Below are positions 1 to 9,267 of a DNA stretch of 64,000 nucleotides, piece by piece (positions within the stretch are counted from its first letter, which is position 1; every line of letters begins with the position of its first letter). Origin of the DNA: Cyclobacteriaceae bacterium (GTDB taxonomy: Bacteria; Bacteroidota; Bacteroidia; Cytophagales; Cyclobacteriaceae); contig CANGZP010000004.1 of assembly GCA_947458475.1 (NCBI GenBank), positions 2,947-66,946 of the forward strand, read 5' to 3'. A model generated the notes under the pieces. That model saw only the letters and a list, made by a program, of their open reading frames with translations. It was not told the DNA's origin and ran no database searches. Made by a program: the position numbers and the translations under genes.

Positions 1-2136
1 TTTGACGACGACCTTCCCAAAATCAAGGATTACGACTGGGTCATCGAAGTGGTGGTGGAGCGCTTGGACATCAAGCAGCAGCTATTTGAAAAAGTAGAAA
101 AATACAGAAAGCCAGGCACGTTGATCACCTCCAATACCTCGGGCATTCCGATGCATTTGATGTCTGAAGGGAGATCGGAAGATTTCCAGGCACATTTTGC
201 AGGAACGCACTTTTTCAATCCTCCGCGTTACTTGAAGCTATTGGAAATTATCCCGGGTCCAAAAACTAAACCGGAACTCATTGACTTTTTGATGGGGTAT
301 GGAGACCGGTTTCTTGGAAAGGAAACCGTCCTTTGTAAGGATACTCCAGCCTTTATCGCCAACCGAATTGGGGTATATGCCATCATTTCGGGCATGCACG
401 CCATTGAGAAGATGGGCTTTGGTGTTTCGGAAGTAGACAAGCTTACTGGCCCTGTCATCGGTAGAGCCAAGTCCGCCACCTTCCGCACCATGGATGTAGT
501 CGGCCTAGACACCACGGTCAACGTATCCAACAATCTCTACAAAGCCCTTCCGCACGACGAGTCCAGAGACAAGTTTATCTTGCCGAAGATTGTGGAAGTG
601 CTCTACAACAACAAGTGGTTTGGTGATAAAACCGGCCAAGGTTACTTCAAAATGACCCGCCACCCGGACGGGAGAAAGGAGCTTCAAGAACTAGACCTAA
701 AAACCTTCACCTACAAAGACGTAGAGAAGCCGAAGTTTAAGGCGCTTGAGGCGGCCAAAGAAGTGGAAGATCTCAAAAAGCGACTGAAGCTGTTGGTCAA
801 CTTTGAAGATCGAGCAGGTGAGTTTTACCGCGCCTCTTTTTACGACTTGTTTAAGTATTGCGCCCACCGTATTCCAGAGATATCTGACGAGCTCTACCGT
901 ATCGATCAAGCGGTATGCGCTGGCTTCGGCTGGGAACTTGGTCCTTTCGAAACCTGGGATGCGCTAGGCGTAAAGGAGACTGTCGCTAAGATGGAAGCAG
1001 CTGGAGAAAAGGTGGCGGCCTGGGTGCACGAACTTCTTGCTGCTGGACACGAGTCTTTCTACAAGATTGTGAATGGCAAAAAAACATACTACGACATTCC
1101 CTCCAAGTCTTACAAGGAGATTCCTGGAATGGAGGAATTTGTCATTTTGGATACGCTGAAGTCAGCAGGCAAAAAAGTATGGGGCAATGCAGGAGCTACG
1201 GTCATTGATCTTGGAGACGAGGTCATTGGCTTGGAGTTTCACTCCAAAATGAATTCCATGGGTGCCGAAGTCATTGAGGGCATCAATACAGCAATTGGTA
1301 TGGCTGAAAAATCCTACAAAGGCCTTGTCATTGGTAATGAGGGAGGCAACTTCTCTGCAGGAGCCAATTTGGCCATGCTGTTCATGTTTGCCGGAGACCA
1401 GGAATTTGACGAAATCAACTTGATGATCGCCCAGTTTCAAAATACGATGACGCGGGCACGCTTCTCTTCTGTACCCGTAGTGGTAGCGCCGCATAACATG
1501 GCCTTGGGTGGTGGATGCGAATTGTCACTCCATGCCGATCACATTCAAGCGCATGCCGAACTGTACATGGGCTTGGTGGAAGTAGGAGTGGGCCTAATCC
1601 CTGCCGGCGGGGGAACCAAGGAGATGACCCTCCGCTTCTCCAACGGCATCATTGGTGGGGACGTGGAGCTCAACCAGTTGCAGGAATACTTTATGAACAT
1701 CGCTACGGCCAAGGTGTCTACTTCAGCTGAAGAGGCGCGTGGACTGGGCTATTTGCGTGCCAGCGATGGCATCTCGCTCAACCGCAAGCGACAGTTGGCT
1801 GACGCGAAAGCCAAGGTTATTTCGCTCTCAGACCTAGGCTATACGCAGCCTGTTCCTCAGCGCAATATCAAGGTATTGGGCAAAAGTGCCCTAGCCTATT
1901 TTGAAGCAGGGATTACTGGAATGATTTACGGGGGTTATATCTCCGAGCATGACGCCAAGATCGCCAAGAAATTGGCCAATGTAATGGCTGGAGGCGATTT
2001 GTCTTCCCCTACAGAGGTTACCGAACAGTACTTGTTGGACTTGGAGCGCGAAGCTTTCTTGAGTTTGACCGGCGAGAAAAAGACGCTGGAACGAATTCAC
2101 AGTATTTTGTTTAAGGGAAAACCATTGAGAAATTAA
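1..2136 (+). CDS. 3-hydroxyacyl-CoA dehydrogenase/enoyl-CoA hydratase (FadN-like), 5' truncated by window edge
   Basis: Open frame from base 1; SNTSG, HFFNPP and FIANRIG motifs; C-terminal crotonase domain (NFSAGANL, ALGGGCE). Confidence 0.93.
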   Translation, partial: FDDDLPKIKDYDWVIEVVVERLDIKQQLFEKVEKYRKPGTLITSNTSGIPMHLMSEGRSEDFQAHFAGTHFFNPPRYLKLLEIIPGPKTKPELIDFLMGYGDRFLGKETVLCKDTPAFIANRIGVYAIISGMHAIEKMGFGVSEVDKLTGPVIGRAKSATFRTMDVVGLDTTVNVSNNLYKALPHDESRDKFILPKIVEVLYNNKWFGDKTGQGYFKMTRHPDGRKELQELDLKTFTYKDVEKPKFKALEAAKEVEDLKKRLKLLVNFEDRAGEFYRASFYDLFKYCAHRIPEISDELYRIDQAVCAGFGWELGPFETWDALGVKETVAKMEAAGEKVAAWVHELLAAGHESFYKIVNGKKTYYDIPSKSYKEIPGMEEFVILDTLKSAGKKVWGNAGATVIDLGDEVIGLEFHSKMNSMGAEVIEGINTAIGMAEKSYKGLVIGNEGGNFSAGANLAMLFMFAGDQEFDEINLMIAQFQNTMTRARFSSVPVVVAPHNMALGGGCELSLHADHIQAHAELYMGLVEVGVGLIPAGGGTKEMTLRFSNGIIGGDVELNQLQEYFMNIATAKVSTSAEEARGLGYLRASDGISLNRKRQLADAKAKVISLSDLGYTQPVPQRNIKVLGKSALAYFEAGITGMIYGGYISEHDAKIAKKLANVMAGGDLSSPTEVTEQYLLDLEREAFLSLTGEKKTLERIHSILFKGKPLRN

Positions 2137-2140
2137 TTAA

Positions 2141-2237
2141 AGTATCAAGATGAAATTTGTACGAAGTACCAAGTACTATGTACCAAGATCCATCACAAGC
2201 AGAATTCATGTCTTAATGAGAATTACTACTTGATACT
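2141..2237. repeat. Intergenic heptamer-periodic element, copy A (no palindrome inserts)
   Basis: 2141-2212 matches the reverse complement of 3528-3636 at 63/72 once two inserts are removed; AGTATCAAG (2141-2149) and CTTGATACT (2229-2237) are inverted termini. Confidence 0.85.
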
Positions 2238-2264
2238 CTTCTTCTACTAAAAAAACAAATTAAC

Positions 2265-3440
2265 ATGGAAGCATACATTATAAACGGATATCGGTCAGCG
2301 GTAGGGAAATCCAAAAAAGGGGGATTTCGTTTTTATCGTCCGGATGATTTGGCAGCAGATGTGATCAAACATTTGGTGGCCAATACTCCTGGGCTTGAGC
2401 CCAAACTAGTCGATGACCTCATTGTAGGCAACGCCGTTCCTGAAGCCGAGCAAGGCATGCAAATGGGTCGAATGATTTCGCTCCTAGCCCTGGGAATGGA
2501 TGTTCCTGGGTTTGTGATGAACCGCTACTGTGGCTCCGGCTTGGAGGCCATCGCTCTTGCCGTAGGAAAAATTAAAGCGGGAATGGCCGATTGCATCATT
2601 GCAGGCGGAACGGAATCCATGTCCTTGGTGCCCATGATGGGCTACAAGACGGCGCTCAACTGGAAGATTGCTTCGCAACACCCTTCCTACTACCTCAGCA
2701 TGGGATTGACTGCGGAGGAGCTTGCCAAGGACTACAGCATTACTCGCGAGGAGGCAGATGCCTTTTCTGTTCGCTCTCACGAAAAAGCCCTTGCGGCGAT
2801 TGCAGCAGGAAAGTTTAAAGACGAAATCGTACCCGTGGAGGTTGAAGAAACCTACCTAGACGAAAAAGGAAAAAAGAAAACCCGGAAATATGTGGTAGAC
2901 ACGGACGAAGGGCCTCGTGCAGGGACGACCATGGAGGCCCTTGCGGCGCTGAAACCAGCGTTTAGATTGGGTGGACAGGTGACGGCAGGAAACTCTTCTC
3001 AGACCTCCGATGGAGCCGCCTTTGTGGTGGTGATGTCAGAGCGTTTGATGAAATCACTTGGACTCGATCCTGTGGCGCGCATGATGTCTTATTCCGTAGC
3101 CGGGGTGGATCCGCGCATCATGGGTATTGGACCCAAAGAAGCCGTTCCTAAGGCGCTCAAGCAGGCAGGCCTTAGTCTCCAGGACATTGACCTTATTGAG
3201 TTGAATGAGGCCTTTGCTGCGCAAGGCTTGGCCGTGATGAAGTCTTTGGATATGAATCCAGGCATCGTCAACGTCAATGGCGGAGCGGTTGCTTTGGGAC
3301 ACCCGCTGGGATGTACCGGAGCCAAGCTTTCCATTCAGCTCTTCAACGAACTCCGAAGACAAAACAAAAAGTACGGACTCGTGACCGCTTGCGTCGGCGG
3401 CGGACAAGGAGTAGCGGGAGTATATGAGTTACTTAAGTAA
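2265..3440 (+). CDS. fadA: Acetyl-CoA C-acyltransferase (thiolase)
   Basis: NRYCGSG, NEAFA, GHPLG and CVGGGQG thiolase motifs; operon context. Confidence 0.93.
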   Translation: MEAYIINGYRSAVGKSKKGGFRFYRPDDLAADVIKHLVANTPGLEPKLVDDLIVGNAVPEAEQGMQMGRMISLLALGMDVPGFVMNRYCGSGLEAIALAVGKIKAGMADCIIAGGTESMSLVPMMGYKTALNWKIASQHPSYYLSMGLTAEELAKDYSITREEADAFSVRSHEKALAAIAAGKFKDEIVPVEVEETYLDEKGKKKTRKYVVDTDEGPRAGTTMEALAALKPAFRLGGQVTAGNSSQTSDGAAFVVVMSERLMKSLGLDPVARMMSYSVAGVDPRIMGIGPKEAVPKALKQAGLSLQDIDLIELNEAFAAQGLAVMKSLDMNPGIVNVNGGAVALGHPLGCTGAKLSIQLFNELRRQNKKYGLVTACVGGGQGVAGVYELLK

Positions 3441-3657
3441 GAAATACGAAGTACGAGAGACGATATTTAAACTAATGTCGAATATCGAACGCTGATTAAA
3501 GAATGAAGAAGTGAAGATTTGCAATATGACATGAATTCTGCTCGAGAAGAATCTTGCCGGCCTACCGCAGGCAGGGTACATTATACTTGGCCTGCCCGCC
3601 GCGGCGGGTACTTCGTACAAATTCTGTCTTGATACTTGATACTGAATACTTGATACT
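3441..3657. repeat. Intergenic heptamer-periodic element, copy B (two GC-rich palindrome inserts)
   Basis: 32-bp exact inverted match 3474-3505 vs 52951-52982; inverted match to 2141-2212; inserts at 3557-3575 and 3591-3608. Confidence 0.88.
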
Positions 3658-3687
3658 AAACGAACGATACTAAAAACACAACATAAA

Positions 3688-5481
3688 ATGTCAACACAAA
3701 CCAACAGCATCCAAGGCGGAGAGTTTCTTGTAAGAGAAACCCCAGCGCAGGATATTTTTATTCCTGAGGAATTCAGTGAAGAACAAAAAATGATGGCTCA
3801 AGCCTGTCAAGATTTTATCGACACGGAGATCAATCCAAATGTGGAGAAAATTGACAGCATGAAGCACCCGGAATTGGTGCCGGCACTTTTCAAAAAGGCG
3901 GGTGAATTGGGCCTGCTCGGTATATCCGTACCTGAGGAGTATGGAGGGCTAGGCATGAGTTTCAACACCTCCATGTTGATTGCAGACATCATTGGTGCTT
4001 CAGGGTCTTTTTCTACCACTTATGGTGCACATACTGGGATTGGTACCTTGCCGATCTTGTACTACGGTACGGAAGAGCAAAAGCAAACCTACCTTCCCAA
4101 GTTGGCTACCGGAGAATGGGCAGCTTGCTATTGCCTCACTGAGCCAGATGCGGGTTCGGATGCCAACAGCGGCAAAACCAAGGCCGTTCTTTCTGCTGAT
4201 GGAACCCAGTACCTGATTACAGGTCAGAAGATGTGGATTTCAAACGCAGGCTTTGCGGATCTATTCATCGTCTTTGCCAAAATCGAGGACGATAAAAACC
4301 TCACCGCATTTATTGTGGAGAAAACCTTCGGGGGAATTACCATGAATGAGGAGGAGAAGAAATTGGGCATCAAAGGCTCATCCACCCGTCAGGTGTTTTT
4401 CAACGACTGCCCGGTGCCTGTTGCCAACATGCTTTCTGCCCGTGGCAATGGCTTTAAAATCGCTGTAAACATTCTCAATATCGGCCGCGTGAAACTAGGC
4501 GCAGGGGTACTGGGCGGTGCTCGAACAGTGACTTCCCAGTGTATCCGCTACTCTGCCGAGCGAAAGCAGTTTGGCGTATCGATCAACAGCTTTGGAGCGA
4601 TCAAAGCAAAATTGGCGGAGATGGCTACCCGAATTTATGCGACCGAGTCACTTTGCTACCGTGCAGGCCAAGACATTGAAGACCGAATGGGCGCATTGGC
4701 GGCTCAAGGCATGTCTGATTCTGAAGCCAAATTGAAGGCAATGGAGCAGTTTGCAATTGAGTGTGCCATTGCCAAGGTTCATGGATCCGAAGTGTTGGAC
4801 TACATTGTGGACCAGGGCGTGCAGATCTACGGAGGCATGGGCTACTCTGCCGATGCACCAATGGAGCGCGCTTACCGAGATGCGCGTATTTCCCGAATTT
4901 ATGAGGGAACCAATGAGATCAACCGTATGCTTATGGTGGGCATGGTATTGAAGCGTGCGATGAAGGGAGAAATCAACCTATTTGAACCCGCTATGGCAGT
5001 GGCTTCTGAATTGGTTTCTGTTCCTTCCTTTGAAAGCATCGATACCTCCGAGCTTTTTGCGATGGAGAAAGACCTCGTTCATAAATTAAAGAAGGTGTTC
5101 CTGATGGTCGGTGGAAAGGCCGCCATGGCTTTGCAGGATCGCATTGAGGATGAGCAGGAGATCATGATGAACTTGGCAGATGTCATGATTGAAATCTATG
5201 CTGCGGAGTCGGTGTTGCTACGATCTGAGAAGCTGGTCAGCCAACGAGGCGAAGGGGCTTGTGCTGCGCAAATTGCGATGTCCAGAATTTACTTGTATGA
5301 AGCGATTGACAAGGTGGAGGCTGCTGCAAAAGAGGCAATCGTTTCTTTTGCTAAAGGCGATGAACAAAAAGTAATGCTGATGGGCTTGAAGCGATTTACG
5401 AAGCCGGATTTTGTCAACACCAAGGAACTTCGTAGACAAGTAGCGGATGTGATGATTTCTGAAGGGAAATATCCTTTTTAA
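3688..5481 (+). CDS. Acyl-CoA dehydrogenase (long, ~600 aa type)
   Basis: CLTEPDAGSD, GQKMWISN, QIYGGMGY and IYEGTNEI motifs. Confidence 0.93.
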   Translation: MSTQTNSIQGGEFLVRETPAQDIFIPEEFSEEQKMMAQACQDFIDTEINPNVEKIDSMKHPELVPALFKKAGELGLLGISVPEEYGGLGMSFNTSMLIADIIGASGSFSTTYGAHTGIGTLPILYYGTEEQKQTYLPKLATGEWAACYCLTEPDAGSDANSGKTKAVLSADGTQYLITGQKMWISNAGFADLFIVFAKIEDDKNLTAFIVEKTFGGITMNEEEKKLGIKGSSTRQVFFNDCPVPVANMLSARGNGFKIAVNILNIGRVKLGAGVLGGARTVTSQCIRYSAERKQFGVSINSFGAIKAKLAEMATRIYATESLCYRAGQDIEDRMGALAAQGMSDSEAKLKAMEQFAIECAIAKVHGSEVLDYIVDQGVQIYGGMGYSADAPMERAYRDARISRIYEGTNEINRMLMVGMVLKRAMKGEINLFEPAMAVASELVSVPSFESIDTSELFAMEKDLVHKLKKVFLMVGGKAAMALQDRIEDEQEIMMNLADVMIEIYAAESVLLRSEKLVSQRGEGACAAQIAMSRIYLYEAIDKVEAAAKEAIVSFAKGDEQKVMLMGLKRFTKPDFVNTKELRRQVADVMISEGKYPF

Positions 5482-5483
5482 GT

Positions 5484-5640
5484 AAGGAACAGGAAATACG
5501 ATGGAAATACCATAGAAATAATACGAGCAAGCTCGTAGAAATAAGGGGTACAATTCATGTTTCTACCTTATTTCACGAAGCGGCCCGCCGCGGCGGGTAT
5601 TTCCAGCGTATTTCCATTGTGTTTTTCATTCCCTGTCCTT
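5484..5640. repeat. Long imperfect inverted repeat between convergent genes, carrying internal palindromes
   Basis: GAAATAAGG 5538-5546 / CCTTATTTC 5566-5574; 5494-5510 / 5608-5624; palindromes at 5522-5537 and 5584-5597. Confidence 0.75.
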
Positions 5641-6176
5641 CAACTAATTTCTTCCAACTTCACCATCATGTCCCAAACGGCGATGCCCAGCGTCACTGAA
5701 ATATTGAGGGAGTGCTTGGTGCCGAGCTGGGGGATTTCTAGGACCTCGTCACAGGACTTGAGCACTTCTTCTTCAACTCCGAAGACTTCATTTCCAAAGA
5801 TGAGTGCGTAGGTGTTCCCTTTTTTGGGAGCAAATTGTTGTAGCGGAGTGGAGTTTTCCACCTGTTCCAAGGCACAGCAATACACGCCTTCCGCTTTTAA
5901 GCGGGTGATGGCTTCTAGGGTCGTGCTGCAATATTCCCAATCCACGGATTCGGTGGAGCCAAGGGCCGTTTTTTGAATATCTCGGTGTGGAGGAGTGCCC
6001 GTAATGCCGCAGAGGTAAATTTTTTCCACGCGGAAAGCGTCACCTGTTCGGAATGCCGAACCCACATTGTTGAGGCTGCGCACATTGTCGAGCACCAGGA
6101 TGAGGGGAGATTTTTGGGTTTCTTTATACTCTTGAACGGACAGCCGCTCGAGCTCTTCCATGCTTAATTTCTTCAT
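5640..6176 (-). CDS. SpoU/TrmH-family RNA methyltransferase
   Basis: LDNVRSLNNVGSAFRT, FGNEVFG and HSLNIS SPOUT motifs. Confidence 0.9.
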   Translation of the reverse strand: MKKLSMEELERLSVQEYKETQKSPLILVLDNVRSLNNVGSAFRTGDAFRVEKIYLCGITGTPPHRDIQKTALGSTESVDWEYCSTTLEAITRLKAEGVYCCALEQVENSTPLQQFAPKKGNTYALIFGNEVFGVEEEVLKSCDEVLEIPQLGTKHSLNISVTLGIAVWDMMVKLEEIS

Positions 6177-6253
6177 CTCTTTTATTTCCTTTTCGAATCG
6201 GCTATTTTCAGGTCTATTTTCCGATTCAAAAGTACGACAATTCTAATTCACCC

Positions 6254-8857
6254 ATGAGCAAATCCAAAGACGGCCAAGAAACCCCCTTGATGAAGCAGTA
6301 CAATGCGATCAAGGCCAAGCATCCTGGAGCCTTGCTGCTGTTTCGTGTGGGTGATTTTTACGAGACTTTTGGCGAAGATGCGGTCGCGGCAAGCCGCGTT
6401 TTAGATATCGTACTGACCAGGCGAGCCAATGGAGCCGCTTCACACATCGAGTTGGCCGGTTTCCCGCACCACTCACTGGACACCTATCTGCCAAAGCTCG
6501 TCCGCGCGGGCAATCGCGTAGCGATCTGTGATCAGCTGGAGGACCCCAAGACGGTGAAGGGCATCGTGAAAAGAGGGGTGACGGAGTTGGTGACCCCAGG
6601 TCTTTCTTACAATGATCAAGTCTTAGATACTCGAAAAAACAACTACCTGGCCTCCATTCACTTTGGAAAAGAGGTCCACGGGATTGCCTTTTTAGATATT
6701 TCCACGGGGGAGTTTATGTGTGCAGAAGGAAATGCATCCTATGTGGAAAAACTGCTGCAAAGCTTTACCCCTTCCGAGCTTATTTTTTCCAAAGCCGCCC
6801 GAAAAACTGCCGCTGAGCTCTTCAAAAATGAATTTGTCACCTTCCACTGTGAAGATTGGGTGTACCAGTACGACTTTACCTACGACAAACTCAAAAACCA
6901 TTTTGGTACGACGAGCCTCAAGGGCTTTGGAATAGAGGATTTGCCCGCTGCAAGTGTAGCTGCTGGCGCGATTTTGTATTACTTGGAGGAGACCGAGCAC
7001 AAGGATATCCAACACATTTCCTCCATTTCTCGAATACCAGAGGACAAATATGTCTGGTTGGACAAGTTTACCATTCGAAATCTAGAACTGGTGTATCCGC
7101 AACACGAGGGTGGCGTGCCGCTCATTCAAATTTTGGACCAGACGGTGACGCCAATGGGCTCCAGAATGCTGAAAAAGTGGATGGTACTCCCGCTAAAGGA
7201 GAAGCAAGCCATCGAGGAGCGCTTGAATATTGTTGATTTTTTCTACCAAAACGCCTCCCTGATTGAGGAAATGTTGGGGCAGTTGAAACAAACTGGAGAC
7301 CTGGAGCGCTTGATCTCCAAGGTGGTTGTAGGGCGGGCCAATCCGCGTGAGATCAATCAGATTAAGCGCGCTCTTCATGTGGTCGTTCCCATTAAATCCG
7401 TACTCAAAGCCCAGTCTAATCCCACGCTCAAGCGCTTATCCGAACAGTTGCACCCTTGCGAATTGTTGGTTGAAAAAATCGAAAAGGAACTCCAAGAGTC
7501 CGCGCCGATGCTGTTGCATCAGGGTGGAGTGATCAAGGATGGAGTAGATCCGAGTCTGGATGAATACCGTGGTTTGGCGAATACGGGCAAGGATTATTTG
7601 CTGCAAATTCAACAACGCGAAATCCAGTTAACAGGTATTTCTTCCTTGAAGATCTCCTACAACAAGGTGTTTGGCTACTATTTGGAAGTGACCCATGTGC
7701 ACAAGGACAAGGTGCCTGATACTTGGATTCGCAAGCAAACCTTGGTGAATGCCGAGCGGTATATTACCCCTGAGTTGAAAGAGTACGAGGAGAAAATCCT
7801 GCATGCAGAGGAGCGAATGATTGCCCTGGAGCAAAAATATTTTCAGGAGCTCGTGTTAGAAGCGGCGGCCTATGTGGTGCCCATCCAACAAAATGCAAAG
7901 GTGCTGGGAATGTTGGATGCCTTGCTTTCCTTTGCCAAGGTAGCCAGCAGCAACGGCTACTGTCGTCCCAAGATTTCCAATACGGAAACCCTTGAAATCA
8001 AGGAAGGAAGGCATCCCGTGATTGAAAAGCAGTTGCCTGTCGGGGAAAGCTACGTTCCGAATGACATCTACCTAGATCACGATAGCCAGCAAATATTGAT
8101 CATTACGGGGCCCAACATGGCGGGTAAATCGGCCTTGCTGCGACAGACGGCCTTGATCGTGTTGATGGCGCAGATGGGGAGTTTTGTGCCCGCAAGCTAT
8201 GCTCGGGTGGGGATTATCGACAAGGTCTTTACACGAGTAGGCGCATCAGACAACCTGTCCAAAGGGGAGTCTACCTTTATGGTGGAGATGACCGAGACGG
8301 CCAGCATTCTCAACAACCTCTCCAACCGAAGTTTGGTCTTGATGGATGAAATCGGGAGAGGAACCTCTACCTACGACGGCATCTCGATCGCCTGGTCCAT
8401 TGTCGAGTACCTCCATCAGCACCCGAATAGCAAGGCTAAAACCCTATTTGCCACGCATTACCACGAGCTGAACCAGCTGGCGGCCGATTTTCCGCGCATC
8501 AAAAACTTCAATGTATCCGTCAAGGAGGTGGGCAACAAAGTCATCTTTATGCGCACACTCAAGGAAGGTGGAAGTGAGCATAGTTTTGGAATCCATGTGG
8601 CGCAGATGGCGGGCATGCCGAACCCGATTGTGCTTCGTGCCTCTGAGATCATGTCGCATTTGGAGAAGGATAAATCCACGAAGGAAAAAAACGCAAAGCT
8701 TTCGACTGTTCCCAAATCAAATTTCCAACTGCAGTTATTTGAGATGGATCCCAAACTGGCAGAAGCCAAAAAATTATTGGATGAGCTGGATATCAACACC
8801 ATATCGCCAATTGAAGCTTTGCTGAAGTTGCACGAATTGAAAAAGAAAATGGAATAG
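6254..8857 (+). CDS. mutS: DNA mismatch repair protein MutS
   Basis: TPLMKQY, GDFYE, GPNMAGKS, DEIGRGT; C-terminal QLQLF clamp-binding motif. Confidence 0.98.
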   Translation: MSKSKDGQETPLMKQYNAIKAKHPGALLLFRVGDFYETFGEDAVAASRVLDIVLTRRANGAASHIELAGFPHHSLDTYLPKLVRAGNRVAICDQLEDPKTVKGIVKRGVTELVTPGLSYNDQVLDTRKNNYLASIHFGKEVHGIAFLDISTGEFMCAEGNASYVEKLLQSFTPSELIFSKAARKTAAELFKNEFVTFHCEDWVYQYDFTYDKLKNHFGTTSLKGFGIEDLPAASVAAGAILYYLEETEHKDIQHISSISRIPEDKYVWLDKFTIRNLELVYPQHEGGVPLIQILDQTVTPMGSRMLKKWMVLPLKEKQAIEERLNIVDFFYQNASLIEEMLGQLKQTGDLERLISKVVVGRANPREINQIKRALHVVVPIKSVLKAQSNPTLKRLSEQLHPCELLVEKIEKELQESAPMLLHQGGVIKDGVDPSLDEYRGLANTGKDYLLQIQQREIQLTGISSLKISYNKVFGYYLEVTHVHKDKVPDTWIRKQTLVNAERYITPELKEYEEKILHAEERMIALEQKYFQELVLEAAAYVVPIQQNAKVLGMLDALLSFAKVASSNGYCRPKISNTETLEIKEGRHPVIEKQLPVGESYVPNDIYLDHDSQQILIITGPNMAGKSALLRQTALIVLMAQMGSFVPASYARVGIIDKVFTRVGASDNLSKGESTFMVEMTETASILNNLSNRSLVLMDEIGRGTSTYDGISIAWSIVEYLHQHPNSKAKTLFATHYHELNQLAADFPRIKNFNVSVKEVGNKVIFMRTLKEGGSEHSFGIHVAQMAGMPNPIVLRASEIMSHLEKDKSTKEKNAKLSTVPKSNFQLQLFEMDPKLAEAKKLLDELDINTISPIEALLKLHELKKKME

Positions 8858-8979
8858 GCAGGAGGTAGCCTTCTAAAATTACAAGGGAGAATCTGCGTTT
8901 TTTCAAGAGAAAGAGGGAAGATATTGGAGATGTACGAAAAAAATCTTGGGATTTGCCTTGTAAAAATATGAAGAGGGAT

Positions 8980-8987
8980 TACATTTG
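8980..8987 (+). promoter_or_regulatory. Bacteroidota -7 promoter element for the tRNA pair
   Basis: TACATTTG fits TAnnTTTG, 10 nt upstream of tRNA-Gly; TTG at 8958-8960. Confidence 0.7.
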
Positions 8988-8997
8988 CATCCACAAT

Positions 8998-9070
<73 letters not shown>

Positions 9071-9071
9071 C

Positions 9072-9097
9072 AAAAGCCCTTGAAAAAGGGCTTTTTC
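9072..9097 (+). terminator. Hairpin plus U-tract after tRNA-Gly
   Basis: AAAAGCCCTT-GAAA-AAGGGCTTTTT. Confidence 0.6.
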
Positions 9098-9145
9098 ATT
9101 TCAGCTCAGGAGAACCTGACTGAAATCTCTACATCGGTAGAGGAA

Positions 9146-9230
9146 GCCGGGATGGTGGAATAGGTAGACACGCAAGACTTAAAATCTTGTGGCCATATCG
9201 GCCGTGCGGGTTCGATTCCCGCTCCTGGTA
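9146..9230 (+). tRNA. tRNA-Leu(TAA)
   Basis: Acceptor GCCGGGA/TCCTGGT; anticodon loop CTTAAAA; long variable arm GGCC-ATATC-GGCC; T-arm GCGGG-TTCGATT-CCCGC. Confidence 0.96.
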
Positions 9231-9233
9231 CAG

Positions 9234-9267
9234 AAGCCCCGTAGCGATACGGGGCTTTTTGTTTTTT
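9234..9267 (+). terminator. Rho-independent terminator after tRNA-Leu
   Basis: AAGCCCCGTA-GCGA-TACGGGGCTT followed by a T-run. Confidence 0.85.

Noticed and set aside
3441-3657. CRISPR or other repeat-spacer array
   Set aside because: Units are 7-nt degenerate tandems with no constant 25-45 bp repeat and unique spacers; no cas genes in the window.
3429-3710. 93-aa minus-strand ORF over copy B (also 5557-5811 and 53025-53213)
   Set aside because: Translations of repeat DNA or antisense overlaps; no protein-like features.
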